A DNA stretch of 63,993 nt, counting the filler, from Diploschistes diacapsis (lineage: Eukaryota): assembly GCA_023645945.1 (NCBI GenBank). It is 8 parts of 8 records of this genome, joined end to end, with 100 filler letters (N's around TTAATTAATTAA, not from the genome) between each part and the next. Parts side by side here need not be neighbours in the genome. Positions count along the whole stretch, not along the records: positions 1 to 8,081 come from JALAIB010001201.1; positions 8,182 to 16,252 come from JALAIB010001202.1; 6 more parts are not named here. One strand, 5' to 3'. Below, one piece after another: positions 1 through 12,367 of the stretch (positions are counted from its first letter, which is position 1; every line of letters begins with the position of its first letter). The translations under genes and the position numbers were made by a program. The notes under the pieces are model-generated. The model made no database searches and was not told the DNA's origin. It saw only the letters and a list, made by a program, of their open reading frames with translations.

Positions 1-930
1 GGGATGGGCCGGAGTGTTTGCGGTGTTGGGGTGTTCTTTGATTGGGTTCCCCCTTGGTCTTTTGGTCGGAGCTATGACCATCTTCGTCAAGCTCTCTCGG
101 GATAGAGGCGCAGAGCTTCAGCGGGAAGCGGAGCGAGAGGGAGAGGCAGAGGGCGAACGGGCTAACTCGGCGCAGGCGGGTGCGAAATTCTTTTTCTGGA
201 GCGCAGGTGGAGATGGACGATACGACCACGGCCCACAGGAGAGGGGCCAGGTGAGGGTAGGAAGGCGTGATTATGTCCTGGGAGCGGATGGGGGAGCGGG
301 ACTAGGAGGGCTCTGAGGGCTGGGGTTATTCTTACGTAAATAAATGAGACGTAGCGACTCGTTGCGGGCTTTACACTTTCTACCCATGCAGCGGCTAGCA
401 GAGGGAGTTGGTCTGGCAAACTATGAAAGCAGTGCATTTCTGTGAACTATAGGAAGGGTCGGAGGGCTCGGTAAGAGCTCGTGTGTTTGGGAGATGTTAG
501 TCCTGTAAGAAATGGAGTCAGGACGATCGGGGTCCGATCATCAATATCGAAACATGCCTTGAAACAACAGTCTTCCTTAGCTAACTGCAAAACAGAACCC
601 GTCTAACCTTGCCAAAAAGACGTGCAAATTAAGAGGACGTCCAGTTTCACTTATAATTGGCTGTTTCACCTCTGTAGTCCATCTGAGGCGTGTAAGCTTC
701 ACCATCGATCAGAGCGATGTTTGGCAGTCCGGCTCGTTCTTTTCTCACACCTCTTTAACACATACCAGACGCACACATATAAAACTGCAGAGTTATGTCC
801 GCCAACGCCCTGTGTCATCCCATCACCAGCATACCTCCATCATCACCTACTAGGGAACAAGAAGCGCGGAGAAAGCATCGGCCCAGCTAGAATCAGCTCT
901 TATGACGAACTTGAGGAGCTAGAGCTCGCT

Positions 931-1471
<541 letters not shown>

Positions 1472-1966
1472 CTAGATGGCTGTGGCAGAAGTGAAAGATA
1501 AGGTCGTAGGTAGCAAAGATTAAGTAGGCAGTAGAATTTCAAGTTTAGGTCGGGAAGTCTATGAGTCTTCGTAAGTGATAGGTGTATGTAATCACTAGGC
1601 AGCGGGGGATGGTGTAAGTAAGTAAGTAAGAAAGGCACTCGCTTAGGGGGGGCCTTGTCTTGTACGAAGCTGGGCTTGTGGTGGGGCGGTGTGTTGTGTG
1701 CACTGGGTGTATGAGGCGAATTACGAGTATGTATCTATCTATCAGGTGCTGGAGTCAGTCAGTCACAGTGTTGGTCACTTCAAGTGACGGTATCTGCCTA
1801 ACTAGTAGTCTCTGAGTCTCTGGCAGATCCTTTGACTCCCAAATCATCCTCCACTTCTGAGTGAGTAAGGTAAGACATCATGTGATTGTACAGCTGGATG
1901 AGGCTAGCGTCCGTCGGATCTCGCTTGAACTTTTATGATCAACTGGCAGCATTCATACCAAGTGCA

Positions 1967-3328
1967 ATGGCGTCCGCTGCTCGCTGCCTGCGGGCATTCA
2001 ACTCTCGAATAGCTCGATGTGATCACAAGAGTTCAAAGAATCCCTTCCAGCCTCTAGCACATTATCGCCATGCCTCGGTCCGCCGGAAAACAGTGGCAGA
2101 GTCCCAGCGATCAGCATTGTCCGCTCCTCGGCCGCCGCAGCAGCAGCCCTCCAAAGTCGTTGCCCCAAAAACCCGCATCGTCGTTGGAATCGTCTTCATC
2201 AGCGTCCTCATCTACTCAATGGTACCCCCCGCCCTGGGATAGTACAATCCAAGCCAGAGCTTACTTTACCGCCAGCTTACCGAGCCCCTTCAACCCATTT
2301 CCTCCTCCGGCCCCGACAAAACCGAAGCCCCCACCATCGCTGACCTCGATTCCCGACGCAAGCGCGAGTCCGGTGTGACCGCCACCTCCCCTATGCGCCT
2401 GCGTATGGAAGCTTTTATAAAGGAGCAGCAAGACGAGATTGTTCAAGCCATCGAGAAGCTCGAAGGGCCTGGAGTCAAGTTCCGGCGCGACACATGGCAG
2501 CGCCCCGCAGGCGGGGATGGTATCTCGTGCGTGCTACAGGACGGAAACATCTTCGAGAAGGCCGGTGTCAACACCTCCGTCGTATATGGCACGCTGCCGC
2601 GGCAGGCAATACAAAAGATGCGTGTGAACCATAAGGCGCTGGACGATCCCGATATCGAAAGCTTGGAGTTTTTCGCGGCGGGGTTGAGCCTAGTGTTGCA
2701 TCCGGTAAACCCGATGGCACCGACCGTGCATTTGAATTATCGCTATTTCGAGACGATGGACAAGGAGGGCAAGGGAAAGGCCTGGTGGTTTGGTGGCGGG
2801 ACAGACCTGACGCCGAGCTATCTTTTCGATGAGGATGCAGTGCATTTCCATAAAACGATAAAGGAGGCTTGTGATAGGCACGGAAAGGAGTATTACCCAC
2901 GATTCAAGAGCTGGTGTGACAAATACTTTTTCATCCCGCACCGAGGTGAAGCGAGAGGCGTCGGAGGCATTTTCTTCGACGACCTAGATGAGGAGACAAG
3001 CGACCAGGAGTCGCTGTTCAGCTTTGCGCAGGACTGCTGCAGGGCTTTCTTGCCGAGTTATCTGCCCATTTTGCAGCGGAGGGTAAACATGCCATATGTC
3101 GACCAGGAGAAGGCGTGGCAGCAGCTGAGAAGGGGAAGGTATGTGGAATTTAACTTGGTCCACGATCGAGGGACGAGCTTTGGGCTCAACACGCCGGGCG
3201 CGAGAGTGGAGAGCATCTTGATGAGCTTACCGCTCACAGCGAGATGGCAATATATGCATGAGCCGGATATTGGCAGTAGAGAGGAAAAGCTGCTGGCCCT
3301 GCTGAGGCAGCCCAGGGATTGGGTGTAA
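1967..3328 (+). CDS. HEM13: Oxygen-dependent coproporphyrinogen III oxidase with N-terminal presequence and TM segment; intron 2222-2275
   Basis: Motifs FEKAGVNTSVVYG, APTVHLNYRYFE, WWFGGGTDLTP, RGVGGIFFDD, QQLRRGRYVEFNL, GARVESILMSLP; GTACCC...GCCAG intron joins exon 1 in frame to ORF 2375-3328. Confidence 0.95.
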
Positions 3329-4404
3329 TCACTATAATGCATGTAGCCTGGAGCGTGTGTCACGACAATACTTGTATAAAACAATTACCGTCTTTCCAGC
3401 TTTTAACGGATATTCCATCACTAGGAGCACTCGATGCCCCTAAAAGGTGCGAAAACCCATGCAAACGACTATAAGTCCCAGGCAGTACCCGAATTCTGGT
3501 TCCCCATTGAACAGTGAGTTACCTCGCTCGTCGAGCGAAGGACCAGGGTGTCTATATACTTGATACCGCCGCTTACAACCGCTTAATGCCACTCGCTACC
3601 TCTGTAATCTCAACTTCTGTCTAAACGCCTTCACAGCTCTTGCTCTTTGAACACCCAGACAAAGTCCTATTCCAATGGATCCCTAAAGTCAAAGTGCCTA
3701 TATCGAGCGGAAGAACAAGGAAAACCTAATCCGATTCCTTCGAGTTTATTCGGGGCTTCAGATCCCACCAAACTTCTATAGCCTATGATGATGTGGGTGT
3801 CGCTAATCGCAACAAGACTGACCAACTCGGAGACGTCAACCAGGTAGTTCATCTCTACAGCCATTCGGTGCAAGAAGTTTATATAAGAAGTCGGTACAGT
3901 ACTCCTATTCGGGGCATCCTTGTGCTTGTTTCCGGATTCGTCTACCTGGGATTAAATGTTTTTCTATGTTCATTAATGGTAGCTGAATATGTGGCCGTGA
4001 GCCTGGCGTGGTGGACAGAAGCATCGGCATCAGTGTGTGGTCTTGTGGTTTCGCTATATGTATCAGTTTAGTTCAATACTGGCACAAACCAGTATTGTGG
4101 TCTTTTGGCTATATTGCCTAACGGTACTAAACTGGCGCTTTGCAGTATCACAGTCTTACTTAGCTGAGGTGTCAACGATATCATCTAGTATAGCCAGAGT
4201 TGGTAAGAATCAGTGGAAGTGATATGAGGTGAGAACAAGGTACGTATATACCGTCCCTTAAAGTATGAGGGTAAGAAGCAAAAGACTTTTGATTCAAAGT
4301 TGTCGATCAGCATCAGAAGAATCCCCTGCATGTCCTCAATCCTGTGAGCCACAATGCAATGGATTTAGATCGTATATGTCACTTTATATATAGGAAAGTC
4401 TAGG

Positions 4405-5860
4405 ATGTCTCCTTTGCTCAAGCCCATCAAATGGATTTATCATGAGTTCGGCATCGCCTCCTTATACAGCACAGGCCGAGATGCATGGCTTCCGATCCTG
4501 TCACGATGCTTTCGCATACTCGCCTATGGCGCTAATTCTCTTATCATTGCCCTCTTCTTCCCATCTCTCAAGTTCTTGGACTTCCAGATCGGATTGTTCT
4601 ACAGTTTGACCCTCGCTGGTGACTTGCTCCTCTCTCTAGGTCTGACCCTAGTAGCGGATGCCCTGGACCGGCGCTGTATCCTGCTCGTGAGTGCCGTTCT
4701 AATGGTCCTCTCGGGAGGAGTGTTTGCTGTCTTTGAGAGCTTCTAGATCCTCCTGTTCCGCCGCCGTCGTTAGCGTTATAAGCGTCACCGGTGGCGACTT
4801 CGGGCCTTTCCGTGCAATCAAAGAGTCTACTTGATTCCACTTTACCACACCGAAGACACGCTCGAATGTCTTGTCCTGGTACGTGACTATATCAAGTCTG
4901 GGCTCGGCTGCTAGCGTGGAGTTCTCTGGACGCTTTGTTGATTTCTTACCGAACCTGGAAGGATGGGAAATCAACAGTGCGTACCACGCAATATTCTGGC
5001 CATACATGATCTTGGGGACGATGAATATCATCACCGTATTGTCTATGAGCAACAAGTGCGAAATTGCAGGAATGATTCCCAAAGGTGAGGCGTCAGAGAG
5101 GCAGCTTGACGAGAGGCAGCTAAGGGCGGAGGCTGTGGGTGCGGACGAGGACGAAGACGAGGGTAGCCGGGATACAAACGCTGCGCTGCCAAACAAGCCG
5201 AATGATTCTCAAAAGAAGAGCCGCTTTGCTCAGATCTTGTCGGAAACTAGTTCAATCATGTACAAGCCATGGTTTCTTTTGACCGTTGACTCCTTAGCCG
5301 ATGGAATGGTCTCGTACGCTTTGACAAACCACTACCTCGACCGCAAACCCAAATGGCGAAATCTACGCTCGGAGACACAGTCTCAATAAGCTACTTCCTC
5401 TCGTCTTGCTCCACGATCTTCTTCGCAAGCCCACTCGCTAAACACCTTGGTGTTATCAACACCACGGTTTTCACGCACCTTCCATCCTCGGCCGCTATTC
5501 CACTCTTCCCTTTTCCCCAGGGCATTCCTTTGACCGTTGTTCTTTTCTTCCTTCGCACTGGACTGAACAACATAGATCAAGCGCCAAGAGCAGCCTTCAT
5601 TGCAGAAGTTGTAAGACCAGAGGAGCGTACGGGCAGTCGTGGGAATCACCAACATGTTGAGGACACTGGCTTCAACTGTTGGTCCCAGCCATCACTGGCT
5701 TGCTAGCTGATAGTGATACATTCTGGATAGCCTACATTACTGTTGGGTCTTTTGCGAACATTGTATGACCTCGGTCCATGGGCCATGTTTGTGAACATGA
5801 AGTTGCACAACCCGTGAAAGCGAAAGAGAAGGCAAAAATTTCGGAACAGATTGACGATGA
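4405..5860 (+). pseudogene. Decayed MFS transporter
   Basis: Hydrophobic MFS-like segments (RILAYGANSLIIALF, ADALDRRCILL, GGDFGPFRAIKES, LGVINTTVFTHLPSS, IDQAPRAAFIA) split over several frames; in-frame TAG at 4744 and frameshifts near 4760, 4830 and 5350. Confidence 0.8.
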
Positions 5861-6185
5861 GGAAGAGCTGGCCGAGTTGGACCTCGTGCAGCGGTTAAGG
5901 CGTAGGTTAAACAAGCAAGCCTGAAAGGTCTTGCCTACTATACTTATTTCAGCATTTGGTCTAACCCCCAACAAGGCCCCCTACTAGCGCGACGCGCCGT
6001 CTCACTACTAACATCTGAATACTGATAGAGGTTGTAATAATTAATACCCTCATAATAGGGATAGTAATCGTACAGCTAGACTGAATACCTAGCCGCCTAG
6101 TGGAGCTGCCTCCAGTTGCAAGCGCGGGTGTGCTAAAGACCCAGAGACTGCTAGTAGAGATGGGAAGGACACGACCTTCCTACAT

Positions 6186-7290
6186 TCACTCCCAGTTTAA
6201 AAACTTCATCCAGGCCTCGTGTGGTGCGGGAGTGCCTTTTGGTGAGGAAGGGCTTTTGGGTGAGGGAGGGCGTTTGGGTGAGGGAGGGCGTCTGGATGAG
6301 GGAGGACCTACTGGTGATGAAGGCTGTTTTGCTGAGGACCCGGAGGGGCCTTGCTTTGCGGCCGGGTATGCCAGTTTCGGTAATATTGGTGAGGAGGAGG
6401 AAGCGCGTTCCCATGGCTCTCCAGCTCTTCTCTTCGCAGCGCTATTTTGGCTCTTAACCCTTTCCTTCCTAGACATGATCAGTAAAATGAAGCAGCTGAG
6501 ATTTGATTGCAATCACTGTAACCATCCCTCACGGTCTGTTGCTAGCATTCTGTCCCGGAATGCTTTATTACTCTTCCTGGACATGATGAGTAAATGGAGC
6601 ATCGAGGTATGGGTTGCCAGCACCGTCTCTTTTCGCGCCACCCCTTAGGGTCTTTTTGTCTCTGCGAGTCTCGGTAGGCTTTCGAGGACTGTCTGGATAT
6701 GATCAATAAACGGAAATTCTAAGATGTGCCTACCATTACTTTTCTCTCTGCTTTAGTCCCTCAGGATCTTCTATTAGCAGTCTCTTTCGACGTTCCCGCT
6801 GATAGCTGCCGGGTATTTGATTAGTAAATTGAGCATCTGGGATGATGTGATTGCGGTCTCTCGCCTCGCTTTACAAGATCACTCAAACTAACTTCACTGA
6901 GGGCGTTATTCTTCTAGCACCGTTTTTAGTGTGCTTCTTTTAAAGCTGGCAGGCCATATTAATGATAGATGGCAGATGCCACCAAGATAGCTGGGTGGTG
7001 GGGCCCGTCATCTATTCTTAATGGGTCCTGCCTGGCTGCATCTGAACCTACTTGGATGCTACTGCTCCAGCGTCCTTCTTTGACCCCTGATCCGGTGTGT
7101 CTCCACGACGTGTTAGTGAGCCCAGTAAGACGAAGGGCAACTGGTCAATATGGCGTAGCTGATGTCCTTTGACTGGATTCCTTTGAATATCTCCGAGAAC
7201 ACGAGCATAGTATCGGCTCGACCAGGCGTCGACGAACACGGTGAAAGTGGAAATGGAAATGGAAATGGAAAAGATAACGAGATAGCGCAT
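6186..7290 (-). pseudogene. Putative secreted protein gene, probably decayed, built of repeated exon-intron units
   Basis: ATG at 7290 gives signal-peptide-like MRYLVIFSISISISTFTVFVDA and a later RR site; recurring similar 3' splice sites at 6469, 6577, 6693 and ~6808; Pro-rich last exon with RPPSPK repeats; stops in the middle units. Confidence 0.45.
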
Positions 7291-7957
7291 GTTGAGAACA
7301 TGCAGATGCTGCACCAACAGGGAAGACGTCAAGTGCTTATAACAGCAAGAGTCGAGGCGATCATCAAGGAATGTAGAGAAATGGGAATTCTGATCAAGAA
7401 ATGCAGGCACTCTTGGAATGACCTTTTTTTGCCCACCCACCTCTCGGCAACAGGCACGCTTTAAGGTTCAAGGTTGCCGCGGCCACGCACCTAATCGTCG
7501 CAATAATACCCTACCTCTTCCGACGTTAGTGCCACCACGATAGACGTCCAGGAACTGCGGAGAACACGTATATGAGGCTGTGTACGATCAGAGGTGGTGC
7601 GGGTTAAAACCTTGATGATTGTTCCTTCCACCCATGGCAGATTCGGTCTCGAGACACATCGAGACGTCCCCCCCCCTTCAACTCAGCTGCTTTGCGCTGT
7701 GCAGGTTTGTGCAGAAGCGCGCAATTCAAGGCCCGTCTTTCTGTCGCATCTTTTGTTTTGGCACTGCGCATTGGATATCCGGCTACGGAACTTTGAAGTT
7801 GCTATAGGAGCAACTACCGGGGCGAGGATCCGGTATATGTGCCAATAATAAATAATATCATGTGTCTGGCGACACATGATGTCACCCTCCGAGTTCCTAA
7901 GCGAAGCAGTAAGTATTAAGTAAAAAATCTAGGCTTAAAAAACGGGGTAGGTTTATT

Positions 7958-8021
7958 GGGGGTTGCACCCCCAAACCCCTGCTTTTTTTATTTGTGGGGA
8001 TTGCATCCCCACACCCCTGCT
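7958..8021. repeat. Pair of GC hairpin direct repeats
   Basis: GGGGGTTGCACCCCCAAACCCCTGCT (7958-7983) and GTGGGGATTGCATCCCCACACCCCTGCT (7994-8021) in AT-rich contig end. Confidence 0.75.
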
Positions 8022-8081
8022 CATGGTATTTAGCTGAATACTTAGAACTCTGATTGACTTTAATAGTTGTTTATTTTAAGA

Positions 8082-8181
8082 NNNNNNNNNNNNNNNNNNN
8101 NNNNNNNNNNNNNNNNNNNNNNNNNTTAATTAATTAANNNNNNNNNNNNNNNNNNNNNNNNNNNNNNNNNNNNNNNNNNNN
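8082..8181. other. Artificial contig spacer (also 16253-16352, 24419-24518, 32582-32681, 40739-40838, 48881-48980, 57020-57119)
   Basis: Identical N44-TTAATTAATTAA-N44 blocks (stops in all six frames) separating contigs of steadily decreasing length. Confidence 0.99.
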
Positions 8182-8736
8182 GACGTTGACGCTACGATGA
8201 GCATTTGAGGCTGCTATGGTGGTCATGATTTACATCCATTTTGTGGTACCTATACCCTTTGGCGATTATTGGCGCGCGTCAACGAGGCATTGCTAGGAGC
8301 CTCTCCGTTTTCTAATTGCATGGCTATTGGCGATGGAGGTCAAAACAATGTGACGGGGACACATAGATTAGTCTCCCCTTCTGATCATCCTGCAATGATG
8401 AAAACCAGAACATTTATCATTACCCTTTGCTGTGCAGTCATCATGAGTGGAAAGTAGTACTGAACCAACCCTCCCTCTGTTCCGCGACCATTGAGACTGG
8501 AATGTGCAAACGATAAGTGAGTATACAGAAAGAACTATGCATACCAATTTCTTCCATACCAGAGACAATCCCACCCACCAACGCCATTGGTTCAGCACCG
8601 CTCGAATGCCTTCAAGCTGCGAACCACCAGATACAGATGCGCTCTCCCCCCCTATGTATTTCCAGCCAATCGAATCAGAAATTCGTCTTCAGAACATAAC
8701 AATAAGCCTTGTCCATCCTTTCCTACCAGCCCTTCT

Positions 8737-10669
8737 TCACCGCGCCGACCTCGCCATAGCCCGCATATTTGCCAACAGCATCTCCGCGCCGAAATCGCCC
8801 CCATCTACCTCCATGCCCCCCACATCCTCGCCCTCATCTGCATCTATATCTCCAACCCCATTCTCATCGCCACCCCTCAAACTCGGATCCAGCACGCTGC
8901 AATCTAGGGTACCCGTGCCGACACTGACCTTGAGCGGCACACGGTGGGCCCCTGGCGTGCTATTGACATCGACGCCGTTCGCAAGGTGCTGCTGGGCCGG
9001 CGTGATATGGACATCGTCGTCGTCTTCTCCCGCTGCGTCCACGCTGTCGCCGTCTGCTTCTCTCCCCCCCTCATCACCGTCTAGTTCCCCGTTCCCGTTT
9101 CCATTCCCACATCCTTCGCCTTCTCTTCGGCCTCCCCTTTCCCTTTCCCTTCCCCTTCCCTCCTCATTCTCAACAACGTCAACCTCCATCTCACCTGTCC
9201 CATCAATAGCAGGAACCCCCAGATCGCCTAAGCCCCCCTCCGGTAGCGCACGCTGATCCTTGCGGTCTCTCTCCACCGCTCCAATCCAGCGTCTAATCAG
9301 CGCCTCTCCATCCAACGGCCACCCTTCTCCCTCTTCCTCCATATCATCATCTTCATCTCCATCTACATCCCCTGGTCCCTCTCCTACCCTGCCCGCATTC
9401 CCCTCTCCCTCTCCCCTTACGGGTCCTTTCCTCCTCCTCTTGCTCCTCCTCGCCGCTCCCTCCATGACCCACCGGCTCGTCTCAACATCCATCTTATGAA
9501 ACGCCGGGATATTGTACGTATATTCCTTCGGCTGCTGGCACGCACTCAATCGTGCAATCTGCAACCTCAACTGCGCAGCCTGGCCCTCTGCATTCGCCAC
9601 CCTCTCACGCAGCTCATCTACCTCTTCCCGTCCGGCGGCTAGCGAGCGCAGCGTCTCGAGGTGCCAGAGCTCGGCCTTTTGGCGATCTGGGGTAGCCGCC
9701 CAAGCGTCCCAGGCTTGGGCAAGGTGGGCGTGGTATTGCACGGGATCGGGCTTGGCGGTCAAGGAGGCGGTGAAGCCGGGTTGTGGGGAAAATAGGTCGT
9801 GAACGTCGGGACGGGAGACGAGCTGAGACTGGGTGCGAGCGAAGGCGGCAAGGCGGGAGGTCAGAAGGATTTGGAGGTGGGTATAGTGCGGTTTGGTAGG
9901 GAAGGAGATGGGACAGTGGGCCGGGGACGAGAGCGGTTGCGCGGAGGCGATGGTCGGTTGGGGTGGGAGAAGGCGCAGGACGAGCGCAGGGAAGGTGAGG
10001 GAAAGGAAATCGAAGGGGAAGGGGGAGGGTGGATGAGCTTGGGCACTGGCGAGATGTTAGTTGGGAGGGGGGTGGTTGGTGAACGCGACAGAAGAGCGTC
10101 TAATTTGGTGCGTACCTGGCGGCGTTAACGGAGTCGAGAACCTCCTGTAGAGCGAGCTCGGCGGCGCGCAGGCGCGTCCGGTCTTCCAGCATTCGCTTTT
10201 TCATCGTGGCGTCGCTTCTACTTCCTTGCTTTCTCGAGCCCGGATCTTGTCGCAGCCCGGCGGATGGGATATCCGTCATGACGCCCGTAGCTTCCCATGT
10301 CGGCTTGTTGATCCAATAGCGCTTGTTTTCGTCCGTGCCCACCACGAAGCTGTACGGCGAATCCGCCGTTCTAGGAGGACAGAATTCGTTGCTCACGGGC
10401 GTCGAGGGATCCGTCCCCTGCCTGCTCCTCCTTGGCTGTCTGCGCGTGATGTTGGACCTGAGCAGACGGATCTTATCGACATCGTGCACGCCGTCCGTGG
10501 CTTTGGGATTTTTGACTTTTATGTACAGATCGAGATGACGTCCCAACGAAGAAGAAGTAAATTGGTCACCGCAAAAGGGACAAGGCTTGTTCTTGGGAGC
10601 GCCCGATTTTGCAAGCGTCGCAGGGACGTCGGGCGAGGCTTTGCTGGGTGCTGGACTGGGCTCTGACAT
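8737..10669 (-). CDS. Conserved fungal hypothetical protein with N-terminal CxxC/His zinc-finger-like motif and coiled coil; intron 10115-10046
   Basis: KPCPFCGDQFTSSSLGRHLDLYIK in exon 1; GTACGC...CTAAC...CCAG intron joins in frame to FDFLSLTFPALVLRLLPP and ORF 8737-9762. Confidence 0.75.
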
Positions 10670-10813
10670 TGCTTCGCAGACGCGATCTCGTATGCTCGGT
10701 GTTGTGAAAAGGGCATTGAGTGTTATGCACAAATTATGGTTGCTTAGGCCGTAATGCACGGGCCGTTAGCACCCAGCCGAAGGGTTATCACTTCAAGTAG
10801 TCCGAAGTATTTA

Positions 10814-11313
10814 CTTTAGTAGTCCATTTTCTGCCTTATGTATTTACCACCAAAATTTGTATGTGAGATACATGATGACCACCATAGTAACTACCTACTG
10901 CCATATGTTTTGATGCATGTTTTGATGCCTTCTTTAATGCCTCGAAGTATGTTATGCTGCATGTTTTGATGCTTCTTGAAGCAGGTTCTGCTGCATTTTT
11001 TAAGGCCTCTCGAAGTATGTTTTGCTCTATGTTTGGCTGCGTGTTTTAAATGCCTCTCGAAGTATATTTGGCTGTAGGTTTGGCTACCTCTCGAAGCATG
11101 TTTTGCGGCACGTTTTGCGGCACGTTTTGATGCCTCTCGAGGTATGTTTTGATGTATGGTTTGGGCCTTTCGAAGCGTGTTTTGCCACTATGTTTTGATG
11201 CCTTTCGAAGCATGTTTTCCCTCAAAAAATGGGTGGTTACCAAGTATCTTATATACAAATTTTGGTGGTAGGTACATGAGGCAAAAAGTAGGGCAGAAAC
11301 TGGACTACTGAAG
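10814..11313. mobile_element. MITE with ~70-bp imperfect TIRs and an internal minisatellite, TA-flanked (Tc1/mariner-like)
   Basis: Left CTTTAGTAGTCCATTTTCTGCC-TTATGTATTTACCACCAAAATTTGTATGTGAGATAC matches the reverse complement of the right end CTTCAGTAGTCCAGTTTCTGCC-(12 nt)-TCATGTACCTACCACCAAAATTTGTATATAAGATAC; TA on both sides; interior of ATGTTTTGATGCCTCTCGAAG-type repeats. Confidence 0.75.
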
Positions 11314-11436
11314 TAATTAACCCTACTTTTAAATGCTTGTAATTATAACGGGTTAAAGTTTTATTATTCTTATATACTTGTAAACCCTCTGTCCAGCTTG
11401 ATACGTATACTAAATCACTATTAACATTGTATTTCT

Positions 11437-11952
11437 TGGGCTGGATGGAGTGAAGCGGGTACACGCGGGTACGGTCCCAAAACAACTACATTTACGAGTT
11501 GAGTGTGGAATTTCAGCAGACTACACTCGTAAGTGTAGTGTAGTGTGCTGATATATATAGCTACTGTGCTACACTCAGGAGTGTGAGTGTGCTAGAATTT
11601 GCACATTACACTCTGCGGGTACTCGCGCGTGGAGTGAGTGTGCGAGAAGTGTAGTGTGGAAGCGAGTGTGGAGGCATGTTTTTCTGCTTATGTGACTGCT
11701 TTTAATAATGCACGGTGCTGCTTTTGATGCTTCATGGTGCTGCTTATTTAACTGCTTTTAATTTTTTGCTGCATTTTCCACTGCTTCCATTGCTTCCACT
11801 GCCACTGCTGCTTCCAATGCTGCTTCTGCTTTCACCACAGTGCCCATCAGAAAAACCATCAGAATAGGCATTTAGCGTCTGAATTAACGCCAGCACACTC
11901 ACTCGCACATTACACTACCCGTACACTCATTCCACCCGCGGGTACCAGCCTA
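11437..11952. mobile_element. Non-autonomous hAT-type MITE
   Basis: Exact 8-bp direct repeat GTATTTCT at 11429-11436 and 11953-11960; short TIRs TGGGCTGG / CCAGCCTA; many subterminal GTGTAGTGT/ACACTC and CGCGGGTA motifs. Confidence 0.8.
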
Positions 11953-12367
11953 GTATTTCTCTGGGCGTTCAGCTCGCGCTTGTGGTGAAGCAACAACTTC
12001 AAGTTACCTCCTTTGGCAAGCCTGAATTGCTCTACAATTTTATACTACAACTCCTCTCCATCGTTAGAAATGATGCTAATGTCAAGTTCATTGAAATCAA
12101 TAAACTTGTCACCAATCTCCTGTAAATACTGCCCATAAGCCGAGAAACTTATTTTCACCGTCTTCTCAAGTCCATGTTGTACCTATATTGTTACTCTTCC
12201 TATGGTCGATAGAACGATCTTCCTCTTGTGTTAGGATGAGAATGGGCCCCTGTCGACATCCGTTTGAGATTGATTCTTCTTTGCTTCTCCTTTACTGGTG
12301 GCTCGACCGCTCGGAGGCCCCGTAAGGGGAGTCAAGGCCTCTAGGTGGTCGTGCGCTTATTCCTCCG

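Noticed and set aside
1..437. Short ORFs on both strands at the window start
   Set aside because: No recognisable motif or supportable exon structure.
8126..8137. TTAATTAATTAA palindromic motif recurring every ~8 kb
   Set aside because: Always centred in N runs; a synthetic linker. ORFs containing X or ending in LIN are artefacts of it.
10900..11220. Repeat array as a possible CRISPR
   Set aside because: Degenerate tandem units without unique spacers, inside TIRs, in a eukaryote.
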